Shown here piece after piece: positions 34,596 through 42,722 of a DNA stretch of 64,000 nucleotides; the first letter of the stretch is position 1; every line of letters begins with the position of its first letter. Under the pieces are notes generated by a model. It did not search any database. It had not been told where the DNA came from and worked only from the letters and a program-made list of their open reading frames with translations. Source of the stretch: an uncultured Bacteroidales bacterium (GTDB lineage: Bacteria; Bacteroidota; Bacteroidia; Bacteroidales; UBA932); contig CALVDR010000007.1 in assembly GCA_944326365.1 (NCBI GenBank), positions 10,037 to 74,036 on the forward strand, given 5' to 3'. A program made the translations under genes and the position numbers.

Positions 34596-35414
34596 ATGAA
34601 AAGCAGACAGGAAAAACTCGAGGCATTCGGCAGGATACTGGATATTCTGGACGAACTCAGGGTGAAATGCCCGTGGGACAGGGCGCAGACGACAGAGTCC
34701 CTCAGACCTCAGACCATAGAAGAGACATATGAACTGAGCGATGCCATACTGAAAAAGGATAACGCGAACATATCCAAAGAACTCGGAGATGTCCTTCTCC
34801 ATGTCCTGTTCTATTCGAAGATAGGGGAGGAGAACGGGACGTATGACATAGTGGATGTCATCAATCATCTGTGTGACAAGCTCATCTACCGTCATCCGCA
34901 TGTGTTCTCCACCACTCAGGTAGCCGATGCCGCAGAGGTGGTGAAAAACTGGGAACAGCTCAAACTCAAGGAAAAAGACGGAAACAAGAGGGTGCTGTCA
35001 GGCGTCCCGGAGACCCTGCCGCCGCTGTTGAAGGCCTACAGGATGCAGGACAAGGCTCGTGGCGTGGGCTTAGACTGGGAGCAGAAGGATCAGGTATGGG
35101 ACAAGGTCGGCGAAGAGCTTGGCGAATTCAAGGCTGAACTTCAGTCCATGGAAACCGCTTCTTCGGACGAAGACGGAAAAGCCGCGAAAGACCGTGCCGA
35201 AGCCGAACTGGGTGACTATCTCTTCGCGATAGTCAATGCTGCCAGACTCTACGGCCTGAATCCGGATACGGCCTTGGAGCGTACATGCCATAAGTTCAGG
35301 CAGAGATTCACATATCTGGAAGAGCACACTATCAGGCAGGGCAGGAATCTGAAAGACATGACCCTGACGGAGATGGACGCCATCTGGGACGAGGCCAAGG
35401 CAAAGGGACTCTGA
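34596..35414 (+). CDS. mazG: nucleoside triphosphate pyrophosphohydrolase MazG
   Basis: 272 aa. Tandem MazG domains: CPWDRAQTTESL...EETYEL..., ELGDVLLHV, second EELGEF...ELGDYLFAI. Confidence 0.88.
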   Translation: MKSRQEKLEAFGRILDILDELRVKCPWDRAQTTESLRPQTIEETYELSDAILKKDNANISKELGDVLLHVLFYSKIGEENGTYDIVDVINHLCDKLIYRHPHVFSTTQVADAAEVVKNWEQLKLKEKDGNKRVLSGVPETLPPLLKAYRMQDKARGVGLDWEQKDQVWDKVGEELGEFKAELQSMETASSDEDGKAAKDRAEAELGDYLFAIVNAARLYGLNPDTALERTCHKFRQRFTYLEEHTIRQGRNLKDMTLTEMDAIWDEAKAKGL

Positions 35415-36166
35415 TGGAGGAGAACTGTAACATGCCGGCCGGAGCCGGGGCTTCCGACTGGAAAGAGCGTACTTCGCTTCTCATAGGGCAGGATGGAGTG
35501 GCCAGACTGGCCCGTGCCACGGTAGCCGTGATAGGTGCCGGTGGAGTCGGGGGTTTTGCCGCCGAGATGATAGCCCGCGCCGGGGTGGGAAGGATGATCA
35601 TCATGGACAGTGATACGGTGTCAGTGACGAACAAGAACAGGCAGCTGCTGGCGCTGGATTCCACCATAGGCAGACCGAAATGCGATGTCCTGGCCGAAAG
35701 GCTCAGGGATATAAATCCGGAGATTGGCCTGAGGGTCTGCGGCCAATACCTGGAGGCTGACGGAGTGGGTGAGATATTCGACGGGGAGAAGGTGGATGTC
35801 GTGGTAGATGCCATAGATACCATTGCCCCGAAACTGGCTTTGATCAAGTATTGCCTCGACAGAGGCATACCGGTGGTGTCATCGATGGGGGCCGGGGCGA
35901 AACGGGATGCGACGAAGATCAGGATAGCGGACATTTCGAAGACATTCAACTGTCCGCTGGCTTTCATTGTCAGGAAAAGGCTGCGCCGGATGGGGATAAC
36001 CAAAGGCGTGACGGCGGTATTTTCCGAGGAACTGCCGGACAAGGATGCTTTCATTGTCTGCGACGAAAAGAACAAGAAGTCGAATGCGGGGACCATTTCC
36101 TATATTCCCGCCGTTTTCGGGTGCGCCTGTGCCCAGGCGGCCATAGATACCCTTCTCGGATTTTGA
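35414..36166 (+). CDS. tcdA: tRNA threonylcarbamoyladenosine dehydratase (ThiF/MoeB-fold, TcdA/CsdL)
   Basis: 250 aa. Rossmann VAVIGAGGVGGFAAEMIARAGVG, DSDTVSVTNKNRQ, DAIDT. 1-nt TGATG junction with mazG. Confidence 0.8.
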   Translation: MEENCNMPAGAGASDWKERTSLLIGQDGVARLARATVAVIGAGGVGGFAAEMIARAGVGRMIIMDSDTVSVTNKNRQLLALDSTIGRPKCDVLAERLRDINPEIGLRVCGQYLEADGVGEIFDGEKVDVVVDAIDTIAPKLALIKYCLDRGIPVVSSMGAGAKRDATKIRIADISKTFNCPLAFIVRKRLRRMGITKGVTAVFSEELPDKDAFIVCDEKNKKSNAGTISYIPAVFGCACAQAAIDTLLGF

Positions 36167-36191
36167 CATTTTTTGATTTTTGTTATCTTTG
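36162..36191 (+). promoter_or_regulatory. putative Bacteroides-type promoter
   Basis: TTTG (36162-36165), 18 nt, then TATCTTTG (36184-36191), about 43 nt upstream of the ATG at 36234. Confidence 0.35.
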
Positions 36192-36233
36192 CAGGATTGT
36201 AGAAGAGATTGTTGATTTGTTGTAATTTGTTCT

Positions 36234-37355
36234 ATGGCTGTATATAAGGTTGTTGAGGTAGTTTCTGCCAGGGATCTGAAGAAGTTCATCAAGTTCCCGA
36301 ATGATTTATACAAGGATTGCCCCCAGTATGTGCCGGCATTGTTCGCCGACCAGAAGAAGTCATTGACGGCAGCGCCGTCACTCGCATATTGTACACGGAA
36401 GATGTGGATGGTGACAGACGGGAAGAAGGTCGTCGGCCGTATCTGCGGGATGATAAATCCGAGGTACAACGAGCGTTACGGAAAGAAAAGGGCGCGTTTC
36501 GGATGGTTCGATACCATAAATGACATCGAGGTGGCGCGGCTGCTTCTCGGTACTGCGGAGAAATGGGCGAAGGAAAACGGCATGACGGAGGTGCACGGAC
36601 CTCTTTACTACAATACTCTCGGAAAGCAGGGCATGCTGGTGGAAGGGTACGAGAATCTGGCCCCGTTCAACTGTCTGTACAACTACCCGTACTACAACGA
36701 CCTGATGACTGCCCTCGGATACGAAAAGGAGTGCGACTGGGTCCAGTACAAGCTCCGGGCCGACCAGCAGCTTCCTGACAAGATGGTGGCTGTGGCAGAG
36801 CGTCTGATGTCCAGATACAAACTGGTCGAGGGCGATATCGATACCCTGAAACACGACAGGGCGCTGGTGCGCGAGTTTTTCAGGATATACAACGAGAGTT
36901 TCGCCGAGAATGTGTACAACTTCATACCGTTTACTGACGAGGAGATAGAAGATGAGGCGAACCAGACCATCGGCCTGCTGGACAAGCGTCTCTGCTGCTT
37001 CCTGCTCGACGAAAACCGTGAAATCGCAGCTTTCGGCATATCTTTCCCTTCAATATCGAAGGCTCTGCAGAAGGCGAAAGGCTCCATGTTCCCGTTCGGA
37101 TGGATTCATTTCCTGAAAGCGTTGAAGAAGTTCGACACTATCGATCTGATGATAAACGGCGCATCTCCGAAATGGCAGAATACAGGGGTGTCTGCTGTCT
37201 ACCACAATATCATGGCCAGGAAATACCGCGAGGCCGGGGTGAAATGGGCCATCACGAATCCGCAGATAGATACGAATTCGGCATCTTTCGTATGGGAAAA
37301 GTACGAGCATGAGCTTTATATGCGCCGCCGGTGCTATGTGAAGTCCATAGAATAG
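36234..37355 (+). CDS. GNAT-like acyltransferase family protein (function unknown)
   Basis: 373 aa. The N-terminal pattern ARDLKKFIKFPNDLYKDCPQYVPALFADQKKSL...GRICGMINPRYN resembles a widespread ~370-aa family usually annotated as GNAT N-acetyltransferase. Assignment is from memory. Confidence 0.5.
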   Translation: MAVYKVVEVVSARDLKKFIKFPNDLYKDCPQYVPALFADQKKSLTAAPSLAYCTRKMWMVTDGKKVVGRICGMINPRYNERYGKKRARFGWFDTINDIEVARLLLGTAEKWAKENGMTEVHGPLYYNTLGKQGMLVEGYENLAPFNCLYNYPYYNDLMTALGYEKECDWVQYKLRADQQLPDKMVAVAERLMSRYKLVEGDIDTLKHDRALVREFFRIYNESFAENVYNFIPFTDEEIEDEANQTIGLLDKRLCCFLLDENREIAAFGISFPSISKALQKAKGSMFPFGWIHFLKALKKFDTIDLMINGASPKWQNTGVSAVYHNIMARKYREAGVKWAITNPQIDTNSASFVWEKYEHELYMRRRCYVKSIE

Positions 37356-37403
37356 CGGCCGTCAAAGTATGGAAGAAGAATAAAACAACAAGAAATACAA
37401 CAT

Positions 37404-38489
37404 ATGGCAGAAAATTCATTGCTGGAGAAGGTCATGGGCCTTCAGGAAAAATATGATGACTTGCAGAAGCAGCTCGCGGATCCCGAAGTGATTTCGGATA
37501 TGAAGAAGTATGTGCAGCTGAACAAGGAATACAAGGAGCTGGCTCCTATCATCCAGGCCGGACAGGATTACAAGAGGATGATGGATGAGTACGAGTCTGC
37601 GAAGGAAATTCTGGCTGTGGAGAAGGATGAAGAACTCAGGGAGATGGCCAAGGAAGAAATAGCCGATATAGAGCAGAAGATTCCGGCTGTCGAGGAAAAT
37701 ATAAAGCTGCTGCTTATTCCTGCAGACCCGCAGGACAGCAAGAATGCCATTCTGGAGATCCGTGGAGGTACAGGCGGTGACGAGGCTGCCATCTTTGCCG
37801 GGGACCTTTTCAGAATGTATTCGAAATATGCGGAGAAGAAAGGCTGGAAGATAGAGGTGACGAACCAGTCGGAAGGTGCTGCAGGAGGATTCAAGGAAAT
37901 AGTCTGCAAGGTGACAGGAGATCATGTGTACGGTACTCTCAAATACGAATCGGGAGTGCACCGGGTACAGCGTGTGCCACAGACTGAGACTCAGGGCAGG
38001 GTACATACTTCTGCCGCATCGGTGGCGGTATTGCCGGAGGCGGATGAATTCGATATTGAACTGAACATGAACGATATCCGCAAGGATACTTTCTGTTCAT
38101 CGGGACCTGGCGGCCAGTCTGTGAACACGACGTATTCAGCCATCCGTCTGACGCATATTCCGTCGGGAATCGTGGTGCAGTGTCAGGATGAGAAATCACA
38201 GCTGAAGAATTTCGACAAGGCTCTCGCCGAGCTTCGTACCAGGCTTTACAATATGGAGTACGAGAAGTATCTGAACGAGATTTCAGCGAAGCGCAAGACC
38301 ATGGTATCTACCGGAGACAGGTCTGCGAAGATCAGGACTTACAATTATCCTCAGTCCCGTGTGACTGATCACAGGATAAACTATACCATGTACAATCTGC
38401 CTGTTTTCATGGATGGCGAGATACAGGAAGTGATAGACCAGCTGCAGATCGCGGAGAATGCGGAGCGTCTGAAAGCGGCCGCAGAATAG
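37404..38489 (+). CDS. prfA: peptide chain release factor 1
   Basis: 361 aa. GGQ motif ([11 protein letters not shown]) and the RF1-type tripeptide region [23 protein letters not shown]. Confidence 0.95.
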   Translation: MAENSLLEKVMGLQEKYDDLQKQLADPEVISDMKKYVQLNKEYKELAPIIQAGQDYKRMMDEYESAKEILAVEKDEELREMAKEEIADIEQKIPAVEENIKLLLIPADPQDSKNAILEIRGGTGGDEAAIFAGDLFRMYSKYAEKKGWKIEVTNQSEGAAGGFKEIVCKVTGDHVYGTLKYESGVHRVQRVPQTETQGRVHTSAASVAVLPEADEFDIELNMNDIRKDTFCSSGPGGQSVNTTYSAIRLTHIPSGIVVQCQDEKSQLKNFDKALAELRTRLYNMEYEKYLNEISAKRKTMVSTGDRSAKIRTYNYPQSRVTDHRINYTMYNLPVFMDGEIQEVIDQLQIAENAERLKAAAE

Positions 38490-38497
38490 CGCCGCGG

Positions 38498-38532
38498 GCA
38501 CAGAATTACAACTTCCTTCCGGAAGTCAAAGT
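38498..38532 (+). repeat. 35-nt hairpin motif, copy A (downstream of prfA)
   Basis: GCACAGAATTACAACTTCCTTCCGGAAGTCAAAGT. About 30 of 35 positions match 41922-41955 by manual alignment. Contains the palindrome CTTCCGGAAG. Confidence 0.5.
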
Positions 38533-38543
38533 ATTCAAGAATA

Positions 38544-39248
38544 ATGAAGAACAACAATTTCGACCAATATGCGGAGAAATACGATGCATGGTTTCTGGAG
38601 AACACGAACGTGCTCTATTCGGAAGCCGCACTGGTCGCATATTTCCTCAGGAAAGGAGAAAAGATCCTCTCGATAGGCTGCGGAAGCGGTCTTTTCGAGA
38701 GGATTCTCCGTACAGACTATGACATAACAGTGGAGGACGGGGTGGAACCTTCTTCCGACATGGCACAGATCGCCAGGGCGCGAGGCATGAAGGTCACTGT
38801 CGCTACTGCCGAAGACTACGTGGCTGCCCCGGAATCCTATGACACGATTCTCTACAACGGCTGTCCGGGCTATATCACAGACCTGGACCTGGCCCTCTCG
38901 CACAGCTACGATGCCCTGAAGACCGGAGGCAAGGTCATACTCATAGACATCCCTAAAGAGAGTTCATACGGGCTTCTCTACAACCTTGCAAAAGCCCTCG
39001 GGACCTGGGATCATCCGCTTCTGGAAGGCGTGCAGCCGAAGGATCCGTATCCTATCGAGCTGGTGACCAAGGCTTGCTGGAGAACTACCGCGGAGAAAGT
39101 CGGGTCCATGCGCACGGCCGGCTTTTCTGACTTCGAATACGCGCAGACCCTGACCACTCATCCTCTGAACTCCGGTGATTACATCCAGAAGCCTCTTCCT
39201 GGCTACGATTCCGGTGACTATGTCGCCATCTGCGGCTACAAGCGCTGA
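38544..39248 (+). CDS. class I SAM-dependent methyltransferase
   Basis: 234 aa. Motif I ILSIGCGSGLFE, post-I acidic residue, GGKVILID. Confidence 0.75.
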   Translation: MKNNNFDQYAEKYDAWFLENTNVLYSEAALVAYFLRKGEKILSIGCGSGLFERILRTDYDITVEDGVEPSSDMAQIARARGMKVTVATAEDYVAAPESYDTILYNGCPGYITDLDLALSHSYDALKTGGKVILIDIPKESSYGLLYNLAKALGTWDHPLLEGVQPKDPYPIELVTKACWRTTAEKVGSMRTAGFSDFEYAQTLTTHPLNSGDYIQKPLPGYDSGDYVAICGYKR

Positions 39249-39253
39249 ACATC

Positions 39254-39937
39254 ATGTGGAGTGACGAAGCCTGGCAGGCGGCGGAGCCTGTCTATCAGCT
39301 GATTCTGGCGCATCCTTTCATTACGGAACTGGCCTCCGGAGTCCTTCCGGCGGCTAAATTCAGAAATTACATCGCGCAGGATTCCCTCTATCTCAGGGAA
39401 TACGGGCGTGTCATGGCATTCATGGCTTCGAGATTTTCCGATCCTGAAATCTCCCGGCTCTTCATGACTTTCTCTATGGAGAATCTCGATGCCGAAAAGG
39501 CCCTGCACGATTTTTATCTGTCCGCAGGCGGACAATGCGCTGTCTCTGACCTTTCTGTCGGGCCAATGTCAGTGCCGGCTTCTCCTGCCTGTCTGCTGTG
39601 TTCTTCGCACCTGTGGAGGCAGGCCGTGGCCGAACCTGTGGAAGTGGCCCTGGCATCAGTCCTCCCGTGTTTCGCAGTGTACGCCAAGGTGGGGCAGTCT
39701 GTTTTCGAGGCTGCATTTCCTACTCTGGAATCGAATCCGTACGGAAAATGGATAGCTGCATACGGAAGCAGCTCTTTCGATGAACCGACGGAGAGGCTCC
39801 TGTCTCTGTGTGACGAGGCGGCTGCAGGTGCATCGCGTCAGCTCCGCGACAGGATGACTGAGGCCTTCGTCATGGGCGTGAAACTGGAATGGCTGTTCTG
39901 GAACAGCGCATACGAAATGGAAAAATGGAAGATATGA
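39254..39937 (+). CDS. tenA: thiaminase II / aminopyrimidine aminohydrolase TenA
   Basis: 227 aa. HPFITELASGVLPAAKFRNYIAQDSLYL and the C-terminal LEWLFW are typical of TenA/PqqC-fold proteins. Confidence 0.85.
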   Translation: MWSDEAWQAAEPVYQLILAHPFITELASGVLPAAKFRNYIAQDSLYLREYGRVMAFMASRFSDPEISRLFMTFSMENLDAEKALHDFYLSAGGQCAVSDLSVGPMSVPASPACLLCSSHLWRQAVAEPVEVALASVLPCFAVYAKVGQSVFEAAFPTLESNPYGKWIAAYGSSSFDEPTERLLSLCDEAAAGASRQLRDRMTEAFVMGVKLEWLFWNSAYEMEKWKI

Positions 39938-40743
39938 AGAAATACAAGGTGGCGCTGTCCATTGCAGGCAGCGATCCGAGCGGCGGAGCAGGGCTTCAGG
40001 CCGATCTCAAGACATTTTCCGCATGCGGATGCTATGGAGCTACCGCAGTGGTGGCGGTGGTGGATGAAAATACGGTAGGTGTCACAGGCGTCCATCCGAT
40101 ACCTGTGGACTTCGTTACGGGGCAGATTCGCTCCGTTCTGGATGACATAGGTGCCGATGCTGTCAAGATAGGCATGCTTCACAGTTCCGAACTGGTCATC
40201 GCCGTGAAAGAGACTCTGGAAAAATATGATATCAGGAACATCGTTCTGGACCCGGTCATGGTGGCTACGTCCGGAGACCCGCTTCTCGAAGCGGATGCTG
40301 TCGAGACACTGAAGACAGTCCTCGTTCCGTTCGCAAGGGTCATCACTCCGAACATCCCCGAAGCTGAGATATTGCTGGGTGAGAAGATAGTCTCACAGTC
40401 CGAGCTGCCCGAGTGCGCGCGCAGACTTTCGCAGGACGGGCAAGTGTCGGTATTGCTGAAAGCCGGACATCTTTCGGACGAGGAACTGGCGGATATTTTC
40501 TACAATGCCGAGACCGGCAATATCCTGGAACTCAGATCCCGCCGTCTGAAGACGGCCAATACCCACGGTACGGGCTGCACCCTTTCTTCCGCTGTCGCCG
40601 CTTTTCTGGCCAAAGGCTGCGGACTGGACGATGCAGTGAGAAAGGCAAAAGACTATATCGCAAAGGCTATAGAGGCTGGCTCGCATTATCAGATAGGGCA
40701 CGGGCATGGCCCGGTTCATCACTTCTTCGGTTTCTGGGAATAG
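39934..40743 (+). CDS. thiD: bifunctional hydroxymethylpyrimidine kinase / phosphomethylpyrimidine kinase
   Basis: Start set at ATG 39934 (MKKYKVALSIAGSDPSGGAGLQADLKT), which forms an ATGA overlap with the tenA stop. NTHGTGCTLSSA anion-hole block. Confidence 0.9.
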   Translation: MKKYKVALSIAGSDPSGGAGLQADLKTFSACGCYGATAVVAVVDENTVGVTGVHPIPVDFVTGQIRSVLDDIGADAVKIGMLHSSELVIAVKETLEKYDIRNIVLDPVMVATSGDPLLEADAVETLKTVLVPFARVITPNIPEAEILLGEKIVSQSELPECARRLSQDGQVSVLLKAGHLSDEELADIFYNAETGNILELRSRRLKTANTHGTGCTLSSAVAAFLAKGCGLDDAVRKAKDYIAKAIEAGSHYQIGHGHGPVHHFFGFWE

Positions 40744-40753
40744 ACATTACGGA

Positions 40754-41422
40754 ATGTCCATGACGGTCAAGGGAATATTTTTCGATATGGACGGTGTGGT
40801 TGTGGACAGCGATCCGTTGTGGAACACCATTATCCGGACTGTCCGGGAGGAATATGCTCTGGACATGTCCTGTCTGGAAAGATCTGACGGGTACAATCTT
40901 TCGACCGGAGAGGCCATACGTCTGGTTCTGGAAGACAAGGGGCGATATTCCGATGCACTTCTTGAAGAGATTCTGCACAGGATCGATATCTTTTACTCCT
41001 TGCATCTGGATATGGTTTCATTGATGCCCGGCATGGCAGAGACGCTGGAAATGCTTCATGAAAGGAGGGTGCATACAGCCCTTGTCAGCAATTCATCCCG
41101 CCGACAGGTGGACATGGTTCTGGACAGTCTCTGTCTGAGAAAGTATTTCCAGACAGTGGTGACTGCCGATGACGTGACATGCGGCAAGCCTGATGCAGAG
41201 CCATATCTCAGAGCAATGGAACTGACCGGGCTGACAGCGGCGGATGCAGTGGCAGTGGAGGATTCTCCGACAGGAATCGCCGCGGCTGTGAATGCCGGAC
41301 TGCTCTGTCTGGTTCCTGTCCCGGCAGATTTCAAATCATGCGGTACGAAGGATCATGACGGAATCTGCCATGTCCGCCGTGAAAGTCTATATGGAAAATT
41401 GGATAAATTTGTCAAAGCGTGA
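40754..41422 (+). CDS. HAD-family hydrolase
   Basis: Start at ATG 40754 (MSMTVKGIFFDMDGVVVDS). Motifs DxDG, VSNS, K...EDS. Follows thiD. Confidence 0.8.
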   Translation: MSMTVKGIFFDMDGVVVDSDPLWNTIIRTVREEYALDMSCLERSDGYNLSTGEAIRLVLEDKGRYSDALLEEILHRIDIFYSLHLDMVSLMPGMAETLEMLHERRVHTALVSNSSRRQVDMVLDSLCLRKYFQTVVTADDVTCGKPDAEPYLRAMELTGLTAADAVAVEDSPTGIAAAVNAGLLCLVPVPADFKSCGTKDHDGICHVRRESLYGKLDKFVKA

Positions 41423-41427
41423 GTTCG

Positions 41428-41901
41428 ATGAAAAAGATCATTAACCCGTGGCTCGGTCTTGAAGACCAGGGCTACAACTGTTTCGGCTGTGCTCCGTCAA
41501 ACAAGTACGGCCTGAAGATGGAGTTCTATGAAGACGGTGACGATGTGGTTTCATATTGGAATCCTTCCGATGACTACCAGGGCTGGCTGCATACGCTTCA
41601 CGGAGGTATCCAGTCCACATTGATGGATGAGATAGCTATGTGGGTGATAGCGCGGAAACTCCAGACTTCCGGCATGACCACCAGAATGGATATCAAGTTC
41701 CGCAAACCGGTGCCAACAGGTCCGGATGTGAGGATAGAGATCCGTTCACATATCATGGAGATGAAGCGCAATTTCGCTATTCTGCACGCCTGCGTCATGC
41801 ATGAAGGTACCGTATGTTCGGAGGCGGAGATCACCTATTTCTGTTTCCCGAAAGAAAAGGCGGCTTCGGATTTCTATTTCAACGGCTGTGACGTGGAATG
41901 A
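41428..41901 (+). CDS. PaaI-family hotdog-fold thioesterase
   Basis: 157 aa from ATG 41428 (MKKIINPW...). The CFGC zinc-ribbon-like start followed by LHGGIQSTLMDEIAMW is typical of PaaI/YbgC-like thioesterases. The ORF-track start is GTG 41419. Confidence 0.75.
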   Translation: MKKIINPWLGLEDQGYNCFGCAPSNKYGLKMEFYEDGDDVVSYWNPSDDYQGWLHTLHGGIQSTLMDEIAMWVIARKLQTSGMTTRMDIKFRKPVPTGPDVRIEIRSHIMEMKRNFAILHACVMHEGTVCSEAEITYFCFPKEKAASDFYFNGCDVE

Positions 41902-41912
41902 CGCCGATATTT

Positions 41913-41966
41913 TATATGACGGCACAGGAATACAACTCCTTCCGGAGTCAACAGTGCCGTCATATA
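41913..41966 (+). terminator. nested hairpin downstream of the thioesterase gene (contains hairpin-motif copy B)
   Basis: Outer 13-bp perfect stem TATATGACGGCAC (41913-41925) / GTGCCGTCATATA (41954-41966). Inner hairpin ACTCC-ttcc-GGAGT (41935-41948). Motif copy B spans 41922-41955. Confidence 0.5.
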
Positions 41967-41993
41967 AATATCCGCCTGCAGTTGATAAATTAA

Positions 41994-42199
41994 CGTGAGT
42001 TCGATGAAAAGAACGTAGTGAATTTCAGAGAACTACCTCTTTTAGAGGATTCGTAAAACGAATCCGTGGGTAAGTCCTCCCCTCGATAGGGGAGAATTTA
42101 GGTGGGGTGACACGTAAAAGGAAGGAGATTTCGCAGAAATCGTAACGTCAGTTCGACGAAATCTCTGGTACTGAGCAGAATAATTCGTCGAACCGACGT
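41994..42199. repeat. ~205-nt hairpin-rich repeat element, copy 1
   Basis: By manual alignment, about 88% identical to 60456-60661 in the same orientation. Serial short hairpins plus a 16-bp terminal stem ACGTCAGTTCGACGAA (42145-42160) / TTCGTCGAACCGACGT (42184-42199, 1 mismatch). The left end CGTGAGTTCGATGAA is an imperfect inverted copy of the right end. Confidence 0.8.
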
Positions 42200-42211
42200 T
42201 AAATTAAAAGA

Positions 42212-42258
42212 GAAAGGTGGCTGAAAGGGCTTCAATTTGATCCCTTTAGTCACCTTTC
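42212..42258 (-). terminator. probable terminator of the fab operon
   Basis: Imperfect long hairpin GAAAGGTGGCTGAAAGGG...CCCTTTAGTCACCTTTC. On the minus strand it is followed by TCTCTTTTAATTT. Lies 26 nt after the fabZ stop. Confidence 0.45.
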
Positions 42259-42283
42259 TTTGCGGATTCGTCTGTGCGACAAA

Positions 42284-42694
42284 CTATGCCAGAGCGAATG
42301 AGAGGTCGCCGCGGCAGCAGAGCTTGCCATTTACTTTCAGCGAAGCTTCGGTGAAGAAGATGTTTCCTCTTCTGCCGGTCAGTTTCGCCGTGATTTCGCA
42401 GAGATCACCCGGACGCACGATGTTCTTGAACTTGACGTTGTTGATCCCGGTATAAAGGGTTGTTTTTCCCTGCACCTCATCCTTGACCAGGAGCACGCAG
42501 CTCTGGGCCATGATCTCGCACTGGATTACTCCGGGTACGATAGGATTGCCCGGGAAATGGCCCCTGCAGAAGAATTCGTCTTCACGGATCCTGTACTTTG
42601 CATGGGCGATACCCTCTTCATCGATCTCCACCTCATCTACCAGAAGCATCGGCTCCCTGTGAGGCAAATATTCTTTCAGTTCTTCTCTGTTCAT
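42284..42694 (-). CDS. fabZ: 3-hydroxyacyl-ACP dehydratase FabZ
   Basis: 136 aa. YLPHREPMLLVDEV and CRGHFPGNPIVPGVIQCEIMAQ are the FabZ/FabA hotdog signature. Confidence 0.85.
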   Translation of the reverse strand: MNREELKEYLPHREPMLLVDEVEIDEEGIAHAKYRIREDEFFCRGHFPGNPIVPGVIQCEIMAQSCVLLVKDEVQGKTTLYTGINNVKFKNIVRPGDLCEITAKLTGRRGNIFFTEASLKVNGKLCCRGDLSFALA

Positions 42695-42722
42695 TTTATT
42701 AGGTTTAGATTTCAGATGCGGT

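Noticed and set aside
35332-36096. 254-aa ORF antisense to tcdA, plus similar long antisense ORFs at 12174-12992, 16942-17730, 25488-26423, 26667-27455 and 46506-47231
   Set aside because: All lie opposite confidently assigned genes and show low-complexity Ser/Arg/Pro-rich translations.
38511-38526. Apparent over-representation of the palindrome TTCCGGAA / CTTCCGGAAG (for example near 3388, 9222, 11236, 27470, 32664, 33066, 34505, 38513 and 62166)
   Set aside because: Most occurrences are inside coding regions and are explained by frequent TCC-GGA / CCG-GAA codon pairs. I cannot compute expected frequencies by eye, so I make no restriction-modification or motif claim.
38490-39253. TPP riboswitch upstream of tenA-thiD
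   Set aside because: I see no sequence resembling the conserved TPP aptamer elements in the short intergenic gaps. A covariance-model scan would be needed for a definitive negative.
41419-41427. GTG starts given by the ORF track at 41419 (thioesterase), 60660 (SPOR protein), 46080 (LytTR) and TTG at 21769
   Set aside because: In each case an ATG lies a few codons downstream. That ATG gives a canonical N-terminus or signal peptide and avoids overlap with the upstream gene or the repeat element.
41994-42199. Repeat element interpreted as a tRNA fragment, CRISPR or retron ncRNA
   Set aside because: The GTTCGA strings are not embedded in a T-arm or cloverleaf. There are only two copies, 18.5 kb apart, with no short-spacer periodicity and no cas genes. 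No reverse transcriptase gene lies anywhere in the window.
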